From contig OZ316899.1 in the NCBI GenBank assembly GCA_973895155.1, positions 16,271,974 to 16,335,973 of the forward strand: a stretch of 64,000 nucleotides of DNA. The letters are read 5' to 3'. The notes beneath the pieces were generated by a model, which was given only the letters and a program-made list of their open reading frames with translations, was not told the origin of the DNA and did not search any database. Shown here piece by piece: positions 51,301 to 63,000 of this stretch. The stretch's first letter is position 1. Each line of letters opens with the position of its first letter. The DNA is from Marsupella aquatica. Its lineage: Eukaryota; Plantae; Marchantiophyta. A program made the translations under genes and the position numbers.

Positions 51301-52950
51301 TTACGAGTAGGCTGGCGCAACGGATTTCTCACTACATCATATGTTACTACCTCTGGCTCCTTGATCGGGGAATGCTCCCGTTCTCGTGTTGCCGGTGTTG
51401 CCAACCTCCTCCTGTGGCGTCATTTGCTTAGAGGCTCCTTGTCCTCCTCCACCTCCTCAAGTGGTGCAGTGATCGGCATCCGCTCCTATATAGGCAACAC
51501 CGGTGCAAAAGACTGGCTTCTTGCATATTGGCAAAGTAATTGCAGATGGTACCCTAGTCTGGATACCGCTCCCTCCCCAATGCTCTGCTTCTCTTCATTT
51601 AATGCCTGCTTCAACTACATTAAGAGATAGCCGTTGTAGTCTCGGCTTGCATCGATATTCTCCACCAAAAATACCTGGGCTTTGCCGATTTCTGCTCTCG
51701 GCAAGGTACAATGCAACGTGACTCTCAGGAAATCAATCAGCTGCCCTATATGCGGGTTGGTACATTGATTCCTGAAAAACCCATTCTTAGTGGAAGGCCC
51801 TGGAAATGACCTGAACTGGTCATCCGACAACGTCTTCCTCTGCTCCACCTTAGTCTTCCTTACTGTTGGTAAAGCGAAGACGGCTTCGATAAGCGCAGGT
51901 GTTAGTTCAAACACCTTTCCATACAGCAGCGTCGTGTTGGAAGAAGCCTCCCAGCATCCCACGAAGTCCAACAGATCCTCATCCGGTATGTCTACCATCC
52001 TCTAGGACAACCTGATAGAGCCCTCCAACCCAGTGTCATTCATATATCCTGCATATTTATTATCCTGGACGGCACTAAAGACCTCATCCTCATCTCTTGC
52101 GAACTATAATTGTAAATCAGTAGGTAACCTGTCCGCCCACCCTGTCATGGTTTTATCCTCTACGGCCCGATCTCTAACTGGCCCAGATTCCATCTTGATT
52201 GGTCTTTCTGACCTAGTTCGCTTTGCTGGAGTTGCGGATGCCGAACTTCCCTTGCACTTTATCTCTTCAGCGCCTGAATACTCCCCAAGAATAGCTTCTT
52301 TCGTCCACTTTGCAGTGTGACCCTTCAATTCCCAAAGTGGCCGCCCTGCGTTCTTGATTGTCTCTCTAATCCCCACGACCTTATTCTCCCGAATCAGCAA
52401 TTCATCAAGCTCCGCACTGGTGGGTGTCCATGAGAAATTTTCCAACACCTCCTCCGTATCTACGAATGCCATTTTGTGAATTCCCCACAATCGCGCAAGC
52501 TCTGCTCGTTCTCTGGCTGCGCGCTCTGGCTCAACGTCTTCATACGTAGGTATCAGCTGCCTTGCTTCTTCAAGCAAACAGCCCCAAAACTTCCCTGCCT
52601 GATTCACCGTGTTCATTCCACCGAATGCCAAGAACTTGCGCAATCTCCCAATCCACCACATGCACTCGACTGACAGTCACTCCTCAATGCCGAAACCGTG
52701 TACACGAGAATGCGAAATGGTAGAGTATTGGTCACCTTACTCCAAAGCCGCCACTTAGGGGTCCTTGTGATCAAGCATGGATTAGGCCATAACTCCAATT
52801 TGCTGGATCTCAACCGTTGGATCCTTTCCTTTATCATCTACACGTAGAAATCGGCATCGGTCTTTATTGTTACCTTATACTCTCTATCTATCCTTATTTA
52901 GCCATTTTTTAGGCTTAGTTATTACTTCGTGATCCTGGCAAGGCATCACA
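48330..52950 (-). mobile_element. 4621-bp solo LTR containing a long ORF
   Basis: TGTGGCGC...GCATCACA ends, 5-bp TSD CATTC (48325-48329 and 52951-52955). No terminal direct repeats and no gag/pol. Confidence 0.8.
49237..52661 (-). pseudogene. Broken long accessory ORF: plant-transposon-protein-like domain, acidic linker, long coiled coil
   Basis: Consecutive same-strand ORFs 52104-52661, 51615-51998, 50580-51227 and 49237-50697. A 20-bp tandem duplication at 50644-50683 accounts for the last frameshift. Confidence 0.7.
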
Positions 52951-53189
52951 CATTCTTTAAATACATTTTGCAACTACAAATGCCACCAACATTAGAGTGT
53001 CAAAATAGTTTTGACAAATGACTGAAAATTGAATTATTTTGTGATGTCCAAAACCTCTCCCAATGATGTCATTATCAACACACATTTTCAGTCACGATAT
53101 GCATGCCACTGGAATTACAGCGACAAATAATTATTTTTTTACAATTTGTACCCAAACCACTACAGAACAGGGGGTTTGAGGGTTTTGGG

Positions 53190-55484
53190 CACCTGTCACT
53201 TGAAATACCAACATGTTTTGAGTTGAGAAAGTTATGTGTTTGAACTTCCAATCAAGTGCATTGGTAAATACCAGCCCAAACCACTTAACATAAGGTCCTT
53301 TCGGGCCCTCATCTTCTTGCAACTACAAACTGCACCCATATTTGAGTGATGCAACACACATTGGTGCGACCACTTGCCATGAACTAGTGCTAAAAGGAGT
53401 GAATTGTGTGGACACATCACATAAGCCCCATATTTGTAATTCCGTAGAGTCTTGGAGTGATTTGTGTGGAGTTCATGCTGTTGCATCACTTGGGTGCCTT
53501 GAATCTCTCCACTTTGGCAATTTATGCATCACAACCTCATTGTCGTTGCTATAACTAGTTGGCACACGTGATGGGGGGGGTTAACACGGAGGAATTGTGG
53601 TGGCGGCGGGCCCAACCCTCCTCCTTTAATCATGGCCCTCCGAGAATTTCTGCAAGGTGGATCCACTTCTCATTATCCATTGTAAGTCCGTCACTCCGGA
53701 AACCACTCAAAACAATGTGCTTCAAAGCCCTCATTTCTAGCAACTAACATTGTCACTCAAGCTAGGGTGGTACATCACGCATCCTTCTAAACAACTTCTC
53801 ATGAAGTGGTAGTCCTAGGGTGATTGTTGTTCCCCAACCACTACAAATGAGGTGGTTTTAGGGTTTAGGGAAAATGCAACTTAAGATACCACCTTTATTT
53901 GAGTTGAGAAGTAAATTGGGTGCGAACACTTGCAATGAAGTGTATTTATATGTACACGCCCAATGACTCGAAAAAAGGTCCTTTCAGGCCCTCGCCTTTT
54001 GGCGACTACAAATTGCACCCGTATTTGAGTGATGCAACACACTTTAGTGTGATCCCAAACCATGAACTAGTGCTAAAAGGAGTGAATTGTGTGGATGCAT
54101 CACATAAGCCCCATATTTGTAATTCCGTAGAGTCTTGGAGTGATTTGTGTGGAGTTCATGATGTTGCATCACTTGGGTGCCTCAAATCTCTCCACCTTTG
54201 CATTTTATGCATCACAACCTCATTGTCATTGCTATATATAACTAGTTGGCACACATGATGGGGTGTCCCACGGCTTCACCATGGGGGGGCTAACACAGAG
54301 GAATTGAGATGGCGACGGGCCCAACCCTCCTCCTTTAATTGTGGCCCTTTGTGAATTGCCGCAAGGTGGATCCACTTCTCATTATCCATTGTAGATTTGT
54401 CACTCCCCAAATCACTAAAAACTATGTTCTTCAAAGCCCTCATTTCTAGCAACTAACACTATCACTCAAGCTGGGGTGGTACATCACGCATCCCTCTAAA
54501 CAACTTCTCATGAAGTGGTAGTCCTAGGGTGATTGTTGTTCCCCAACCACTACAAATGATGTGGTTTCAGGGTTTTGGGCAATTTATGCAACTTAAGATA
54601 CCAACTTTATTTGAGTTGAGAAGTAAATTGGGTGTGAACACTTGCAATGAAGTGGATTTATATGTACCAGCCCAAACCACTTGACATAAGTTCCTTTCGG
54701 GTCCTTGCCTTTTGGCGACTACAAATTGCACCCGTATTTGAATCATGCAACACACTTTGGTGAGACCACTTGCCATGAACTAGTGCTAAAATGAGTGAAT
54801 TGTGTGGATGCATCACATAAGCTTCATATTTGTAATTCCGTAGAGTCTTGGAATGATTTGTGTGGAGTTCATGATGTTCCATCACTTGTGTGCCTCAAAT
54901 CTCTCCACCTTGGCATTTTGTGCATCACAACCTCATTGTCGTTGCTATAACTAGTTGGCACACGTGATGGGGGTGTCCCACGGCTTCACCATGGGGGGCT
55001 AACACGGAGGAATTGAGATGGCGGCGGGCCCAACCCTCCTCCATTAATCTTGGCCCTCCGTGAATTGCCGCAAGGTGGATCCACTTCTCATTATCCATTG
55101 TAAGTTTGTCACTCCCCAAATCACTAAAAACTATGTTCTTCAAAGCCCTCATTTCTAGCAACTAACACTATCACTCAAGCTGGGGTGGTACATCACGCAT
55201 CCCTCTAAACAACTTCTCATGAAGTGGTAGTCCTAGGGTGATTGTTGTTCCCAAACCACTACAAATGAGGTGGTTTCAGGTTTTAGGGCAAATGCAACTT
55301 AAGATACCACCATTATTTGAGTTGAGAAGTAAATTGGGTGTGAACACTTGCAATGAAGTTAGTGCATTTATATGTACCGTCCTGCCCAATTGACTAGAAA
55401 GAAACTCCCTTCAAGCCCTCACCTTTTGGTGACTACAAATTGCACTCGTATTTGAGTGATGCAAGATACATTGGTGCGACCACT
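53190..55484. repeat. ~710-bp tandem repeat, ~3.3 copies
   Basis: The anchor cttaagatacca recurs at ~53880, ~54592 and ~55298, and whole units align. Confidence 0.93.
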
Positions 55485-57541
55485 TGTGAGTGAGTCTCAA
55501 GGTGTGCCTAGTCAAAGATGGCCTTATTTTACTTGTAACACCTTTACTACCCTAAGTAAACTACCCCCTATACTTACTTTTCTTAACATGATGGCCTTAC
55601 ACCTTTGAACAAAGGTAAGTACCCTTCCCTAGAGCCTAACTAAAGTGGTATGGGTGCAAGAAAGGTCAGCTTCTAAATCTGGTAGTCATTCCCCTATGCC
55701 GACTTTGGTTTGCAAGCTATGGGGACCCCCTCGTGGCCTCGGCTAAAAATATATTTGAGTGACTCTTTTTCTGGGTTTCCACCTTCACCAAGATGTGCCT
55801 TATCTTCCCCTAACTCAACACAAAAAAAATTGGGCCCCAACGGATACCCCTAGCCAAAGTTATGCTCATTCTCCCAAGGTCTGTTTTTGGTGTAAAGCGG
55901 GTGTAAGCGGCGACCGGATTACACTTACCTTACATGCCCCTTATGGAGATTCCAGGTGTCACCAGGGGAGAGTACTCTCATTATACTCACGTTTCTTATG
56001 AAGAATTTGATAAGGACATCAATTTTTGCAGCCATTTTCCTCTCTCTTGAATTCAATCTGAAACTGCATCATTCTCTATTGGATTCGAATGGCAGCACGT
56101 CAATCTACAGCTCAACCAGGTTTGCAGCACCCTTCTCAGTCCACCTCCATAGCCATCCAGCCTTGCAAGTAATTCAAAATTGCGGCAGAATTTTGCAGCA
56201 GCCATAGCCCACCAATTCGTAGCTAGTAGCACAACAGCACATTCGAAGCACAGTAGTAGCAGCCATAGCTTGATTCCTTCTCAACAACTAGCTCTATTCC
56301 AATCACTTAGCCAAGCAGGTCTCTCTTCTCAATTTTGCAACTGCCCACCTCTGCAATTTCACAGCTAGCAGCAATCCTATTTTGCAGCCATAGCTCTTCA
56401 ATTCGCAGCAACAGCCCTCTTCCTTGTTGATCCGCTAATCAATTCTTGTGCAGCAGTCCATCTGCAGCCGCCAGCCCTTCAATTTCGTAGCCCACCATAG
56501 CTCACAGCCAGCCAGTTATCAGCAACAGCCTATTTCTCCATAGCAAGCAGCTCTATTCCAATCAGCAGCATCGAGGCAGCCAACCAATTCTGATCAACAT
56601 CCCATGCCTGAAGCTATAGCAGCTCAATTCAATTTCGTAGCTGCCTCTTGATCCCAATTTGAAGCAAGCATCTCATGTATTGACCCTTATGGTGTTCCTG
56701 ACCTCGTGCTTGAGTCGCCCCGGCCTTGTGCTTAAGTCGTGGTCGCCGCCGACGCGGTTGACACTTAGAAAAAAATTCGGATTTTTTTGTTGGGAAAACA
56801 GTATTTCCAGGCTGTTTTGGACTGCCTCCAAAAATCACATATGAGTCCAAAATGACTTCTGAGTAGATCTAAAAATTCTCTAGACATAGCATTATGTCCT
56901 GGTTTACTAATATCTAAACAAAACCTTATCACCGATTTTCTAAAATTAGGTAAAGTGAGTCAATTATTATGTTTTCCAAAATTCTTCTCACCTTTGAGAT
57001 GCTCCCAAAAAGTAACCAAAGATACCCAGCTTCTACCACAAGTTTCCAGGGATAGAGTGGACCATATTTAACCCACTTCCAAACTTGGAACTCCTAAATT
57101 TACTCATCAGCTATTTTTCCCGGGACCCGCTATTTTGTTAATTTAAGTCATACCAAAACACAAGGAAACCCTAGGTTGAGACCCCACTTGACATCTAACT
57201 TTTTAGAGGTGCTCTAGGGACCTCCTAGCATCTATGGGAAAAATCTGAACCAAAACTAAGACTTCAAGTGTCGGGTTGTTTCTCTGACTCGGAATAGTCG
57301 CCTAGTCTAAATAAGGACGGAACGTTGTATGCCCCATCATAAAGACCTTTCTTATCCCTTGTCACTTGCTTAGAACTCAGTAACCTTCCATTCCACTATC
57401 TTTCGTATTCTACCTACTTAAGTTCCTAAAACCTAGTTACTCCAATAGCACTTAAAACATCTTTCTTACTATTCCTTGTTCCAAAAGCAAAAAAATGACA
57501 AGTTTCTTACATAAACCTATATCGAGCCATTCCACATTACA
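55485..57541. mobile_element. ~2.06-kb LTR-like segment without matching TSD
   Basis: Begins TGTGAGTG where the satellite unit breaks and ends CACATTACA where Ulp1 breaks. The flanks (CCACT / CTATC) differ. Confidence 0.55.
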
Positions 57542-58080
57542 CTATCTTCTTGTGATGGAAGGCCTGACACTAAAGTTCTAGGCCAGTTGTATGCATCTGG
57601 TGAGGGCATGCCTCTTTGACTTGCTTCATCCTCGATATACTTTGTTAGAGTATACATGAGATACTCATTTCGAGCCTCCCAAAAGTTTCCTGATTTCTCC
57701 CAAAGCGAATCTAGGAACAACACCTCTTTTTCAGTTAAATCAATCACTGCCAACACCCAATGCTCCCTGTTTGCCTGGTGGATAGGGACCAATATCCTGT
57801 CATAATCAAATATATTTTCGGTTTTGGTCCATCGAGCAACATTGGCAAAACAGTATACAGGCGTTGAGAGCAACGTGTAGAATGTTGTGATGAAAAATGC
57901 ACACTTTGGATAGCCTCTTGATCTCCCCCTAAACTGCAACAAGGCCAAGTATGCATCGATGATATCTGAATGTAGCCATTGAGCTGCTGTTCTTCCTTCA
58001 GACAAGCATCTCATTGACGCCCTGGTCAACTTGTAATCTACAAAGTTGAATAGTACTTCCTCGTCTGGGAGCTCTGTGGA
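57542..58080 (-). pseudogene. Ulp1/C48 SUMO-protease domain, truncated before the catalytic Cys
   Basis: WLHSDIIDAYL, FFITTFYTLL, VARWTK, ILVPIH..EHWVLAVID, LDSL, then PSQEDS followed by the junction (DCG missing). Confidence 0.92.
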
Positions 58081-58647
58081 TAGACATGTGGATACTATGT
58101 CGGAAAAGTCTTGAGAGCAGACTACTTCAGCAAATAACCCAGGTATCCGGGTATTCCCACCACGTGCTGCATAGGATTGAACAGCATGGCATTAGGCATC
58201 ATCTTCATCTGAGCTATATGTCACAAAAGAAGGGTGAGCTATCTTGTCACTATCACTACTGACACTCACTTTCATTGTAGTCTACCTCTACTACTCTATC
58301 ATCTACAAATCCAGACTTTTGCCTCTTTGTGTACTTCTCAGCTACACCCTTGAGCCGTTTGAAGGGGCGTGAATCAACAATCCCTTCTGCGTAAGTTGGA
58401 AGGCAAAATCTTTCTGGAGAGAAAGTTTTTGATGCTTCCTCCCATGCTTCACGGACTTTGTCCTTGTCCGATGTGTGCCATTGTTCCGACTCGATGTTCC
58501 TGTAGTGAACTGCCTATTGGTTAAGTAGACAGTTTAAGGTAATACCATAATAATGTGGACTTCACATTTTTATTGATCCTCACCATGGCACAATGTAATT
58601 GCAAACTACCTACAACAAATGGGTTCTTGGATTCAACGTTTACTCAC

Positions 58648-59152
58648 AATCCTGAGCATTCCCACCCTTGCCTTCTGCGGCATCCTCCTCTGAATCAGAC
58701 TCAAGGACCAGCTTCTTCCGCCCTTCAGGCTTCTTAGTCTCCTTGGCCTCCTCCTTACTCTCCTTGCTCTCCACCTTGGTCTGATTGCCTTGCTTCATTG
58801 AAAGGAGTTTTGACACCACTGAAGCTGCTGACTCACCAAAGTAGTCATGCGCTTCCATCCCAAATACTAGTCGCCCACAATTATTGGCAGCTTTGTAGAT
58901 AGCACCAAAGTGGACATTCCAAGAAAATATGATATCGCCGGGACTAGTGATGTGCTCTATGATGCATTGCAAGGTTGCAGGCGATAACGTTCCGACCAAT
59001 TCGTCTCTCACTACATCATCTTCCTTTGTAAAATTGGATAGAGCATTGCTCTTTGCTGGGCACAAGTCACCAGTAATTGGCTTCATATGTACCTTTGGGA
59101 GGGTCACCTCTGTACCCTTCATGGCGAATATATCCAAATGCAGATATTGAGC
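58648..59152 (-). pseudogene. Exon resembling the C-terminal SAM-binding half of a beta-class N4/N6 DNA methyltransferase
   Basis: SPATLQCIIEHITSPGDIIFSWNVHFGAIYKAANNCGRLVFGMEAHDYF parallels P..L...I...T.PGD.VLDPF.GSG....AA...GR...G.E.D..Y. It is bounded by an AG acceptor and a GTGAGT donor. Confidence 0.6.
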
Positions 59153-59221
59153 CTGTCACATCATGCAAAATAGATTCGCACTTGTTAGCAACACTAATTG
59201 CTAAACATATCCGATATCGGT

Positions 59222-59921
59222 CCTACCTATCTCAGAGAGGCTCTCCGAGATGGATCCTACCTATCTCAGAGAGGCTCTCCAAGATCCATGCTACCTATCT
59301 CAAAGAGGCTCTCCGAGATCCATGCTACCTATCTCAGAGAGGCTCTCCGACATGGATCCTACCTATCTCAGAGAGGCGCTCCGAGATCCATGCTACCTAT
59401 CTCAAAGAGGCTCTCCGAGATGGATGCTACCTATCTCAGAGAGGCGCTCCAAGATCCATGCTACCTATCTCAGAGAGGCGCTCCGAGATCCATGCTACCT
59501 ATCTCAGAGAGGCTCTCCGAGATCCATGCTACCTATCTCAGAGAGGCTCTCCAAGATGGATCCTACCTATCTCAGAGAGGCTCTCCAAGATCCATGCTAC
59601 CTATCTCAGAGAGGCTCTCCAAGATGGATCCTACCTATCTCAGAGAGGCTCTCCGAAATGGATCCTACCTATCTTAGAGAGGCTCTCCGAGATCCATGCT
59701 ACCTATCTCAGAGAGGCTCTCCAAGATGGATCCTACCTATCTCAGAGAGGCTCTCCGAGATCCATGCTACCTATCTCAGAGAGGCTCTCCGAGATCCATG
59801 CTACCTATCTCAGAGAGGCTCTCCGAGATGGATCCTACCTATCTCAGAGAGGCTCTCCGAGATGGATCCTACCCATCTTAGAGAGGCTCTCCGAGATCCA
59901 TGCGACCTATCTCAGAGAGCC
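59222..59921. repeat. 34-bp palindromic minisatellite, ~20 copies, intronic
   Basis: cctatctcagagaggctctccgagat(ggatcc|ccatgc)ta, lying between a minus-strand GTAAGT donor (60043) and an AG acceptor (59153). Confidence 0.95.
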
Positions 59922-60064
59922 TCTAATGTTACCCATATGGGAGAGGGTGTCCGAGATCGTAATTGCGGACACATTTTTCAACTATCTCGGAGAGCCGCTC
60001 CGAGATGACTTCTATTGAAATGCCAAAATTGAAGTGAACTTACATGTCACACCATTCTAGGTAG

Positions 60065-63000
60065 TGTTAGAGTGTATCGTACTATCTAGATCCGTATGTT
60101 TGGTATGTGTGCTATATGAGACGATAAGGTTCCGTCAAGTTTGTGTGAGAGGATACTTCTCACTTGTGAGGCATTGAAAGGTCATCTTTCAATGTTGAGC
60201 CTTGGAGAGAGAGGAGCTTGAGTGGCTATGGTGGCTGTGAGCTCCGCTTGTGTAACGTGGATTCCTTGAGTAGTGCAAGGTGCGTTGGCTTGACATACGT
60301 GTGTGATCGGATCGGTGCGGGATCGATGGGGTATTGTTGACCGGGATCGTTGTGTCGATTGTATGGAGATTACATTGAAAGATCATGAGCTTCAAACTCT
60401 GTTGTGCGGACAGAAGCTCAGTCTGAGTTTGTCGTTGACGGTGACGGTTCGTGGTAGCTCGAATCAATTGGATTTGTGTTTGACGCAGATTCATGTTTCT
60501 TGAATCGTTGGTTCTATTGTTTGGGTACTCTGTTGCTATTCGATCTGGTTCTGGCCAAGCTTGAACGTTGTTGGATCTGGATCTGGATTGAGTCGGAGTC
60601 TAGATCTGGATCTGGAAAGAGATGGCCGAAGGTTGCTGCTTGTATCGCATTGTTGTTTTGTGGACAGATCTATTGGAATTTTGAGTGCTCGCAGCATTTT
60701 ATTGTCAAGGGACGCTCGCGAAATGTCCCAAAACCGTGCGCAACAGGTTTGCAGAGGTTGAGAGCCATCGACGTTGCCGTTTTTGTGAAGGAAATCACTG
60801 CTTTCAAGTGGCAAATGTTGCCATTTTTGAGCCCAATGACTTCTGTTTTGTGTACACACACAACTGTGCGCGCATAAGGCAACGCGTGAGGTCACCCATC
60901 CCAAAAGTGCTCCCAACCGCGAGCGCGAAGTCATCCATCGCGAGCGCAAGCAGGCACGAGGTCGAGGTCATCCATCCCGGGGCTATTCCGGGTCATGAGC
61001 ACAAGGGGAGGCACGAGGTCGAGCGCGAGGAGGTCACCCATCCCGGGGCTATTCCCAACCGCAAGCGCTTAACTAGCAAGTTCTCATCGCACCTTGTGTA
61101 CACACAAGTTTTCACAACTTATTGTTTAGATTCAAGCGCCAGGGGGCTTTACACACTTTCCGGTTTGCTTAGAGCCTTGTTTTGGGCCAAATCAGAGGCT
61201 CTTTAGAGGTTTTTGATAGTTCTGAGTTCATCTAAATACACAAAATGAACCAATTGTGCATGGTTTCTCATCTATAACATTGGGACATCATGAAGCCTAT
61301 TACGAAGGCCTTTCATTGAACATTATGAATATTTGTTTGATCAATGTGTGATCACTCTTGGTGTGGAGAGTTAGTGTTTGACTATTCTTGTTGATTGGAT
61401 CCTCTCCACACTTGTTTCCTGTTTATGCGCCATGTTGGTTCGGTGTGGGCACTTGATTCCATAGGAGTGATCCGGGTTTGCAACTGGACATTCTAGTGTG
61501 CTGTATATTTCTCTCCTGGTGATGTTGGAGTGATGCCCAACACACCATGGTGAGTGCTTGTGGTGTTGACAGGGATAGATTGCCCTTAGGGTTAGCACAT
61601 AGATTAGGTTAGGGTTGGTCACCACGGATTCTTCTGGTGCTGTTGGATTACCCGATGGACGACGGACCGGTTTCACTCAGAGTGGGGCACAGTTTTGGCC
61701 AGCGGCATTGGTAGTAGTCAGCAGTGCAACTTTAGACAGTGATTCTGATGAGGACTCAGTGACCAGTTCTCCTCATCATCAGGTGGTTGCACCTTTGTTG
61801 TGGGATATGGACGAGATGTACGGGGCTACAAAGGGCCCACGATGATACTCTGGTGCAATTGGCACGATTGATCTGGATGACTTCATCCAGGAGTTTGATA
61901 CGTGGTGCAATATGCAAACATTACGTAACGCCACATTGTTGACCCCTTTCATGGCATGGAAGAGATTATTTCAGCATTTGGAGGAGCCACCCATGGATGA
62001 CTACCAGGAGTTTCGGAAGGCTCATTTGGTTGAGATTGAGGCATGGAGGCAGCATTGGTTGCCTAATTACGTGTCCATCACCTATGGCACTAGTGCGGCT
62101 GCCCAAACCATTGCCACAACTGCTTCTTCTTCTAGCAGCACTAGCCAGAGTGGCACACCATCCACCAGCAGCACTCCAGCAGCATCCACCGCTACTCCTA
62201 CCGGTGTGATTGTGACAGGAACTGGAGTTGCGCCAGCATTTAACCCTGTGGTGGAATTCTTTGAGGTACTGAAGTAGAACTATCAGGGTGTAAGAACTGA
62301 TAAGTTGAAGGGTCTTCAGGAGTTCCAGCGCAAGACTGGAGAGAGTCTACGTGAGGCATACACTCGTATGCGCAGATTGATCACTGTCACCAAGGGAGTG
62401 ACAGAGGCTTAGGCAGTCCAGTTTTGGTATGCAATTTTGGACAGAGAATTGCGACGTAGAGTGAGAGATGTCACTCTGCTTAGGGATGCAGATCCCACAT
62501 TAGCAGTTGTTTTTACACTTTCTGAGCGCATTGAGCTCAATATGGTGAATGAGAAGGTGGTGACTTCCGGATTTGCCAAGGAAGCACCAAAGGCTGCATC
62601 CACATCCACACCACAGCCTACTACACGGAAGAGCCAGAGGGAGAAGCCTACTGCACGAGAGTCTACCAGCCAGAGACCTGTGCCCTCTTATGCTAGACAG
62701 CAGTCAGGATGTTGGACCTGTGGTGGGGATCATGCACGGAGATATTTCCCAGATCATAGAGGATCAGGGGGAGCATCAGCGCCTGATCAGCGACAGTGTG
62801 ATCACTGTGGAGCTCCTGGACACACCAAGGATATGTGTTTCTCACTCCATCTTGAGTTACGGAGAGGAGGATCCCGTACACATGATCAGGGAAGAGGAGG
62901 AGGAGGTAGAGGCGGTGGACGTGGTCGTGGCATGCCACATGCAGGGAGACAGGGAGGTGACGCAGCCCCTGTTGTAACCATAGATCCAAAGGATGCGAAG

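Larger units (their letters stand above)
47518..55484. mobile_element. CACTA F: terminus, subterminal region and satellite, inserted in E; other end missing
   Basis: CACTAGAAGAAAA at 47518 interrupts TnpA of E. ccacta/actacaaat-rich sequence continues on both sides of the solo LTR. Confidence 0.65.

Noticed and set aside
53131-55161. Short ORFs in the satellite, and antisense ORFs over TE genes throughout the window
   Set aside because: No recognisable domains, and they are explained by repeats or by the coding strand opposite.
59222-59921. CRISPR-like palindromic array, and ORFs 59077-60018, 59198-59677 and 59250-60008
   Set aside because: There are no unique spacers (only two 6-bp linker variants) and no cas genes, and the context is a eukaryotic intron. 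The ORFs are by-products of a stop-poor 34-bp repeat.
61543-61570. tRNA PBS for the right-hand gypsy (TGGTGAGTGCTTG)
   Set aside because: I could not match it to a tRNA 3' end from memory, and the second LTR is outside the window, so the boundary cannot be verified.
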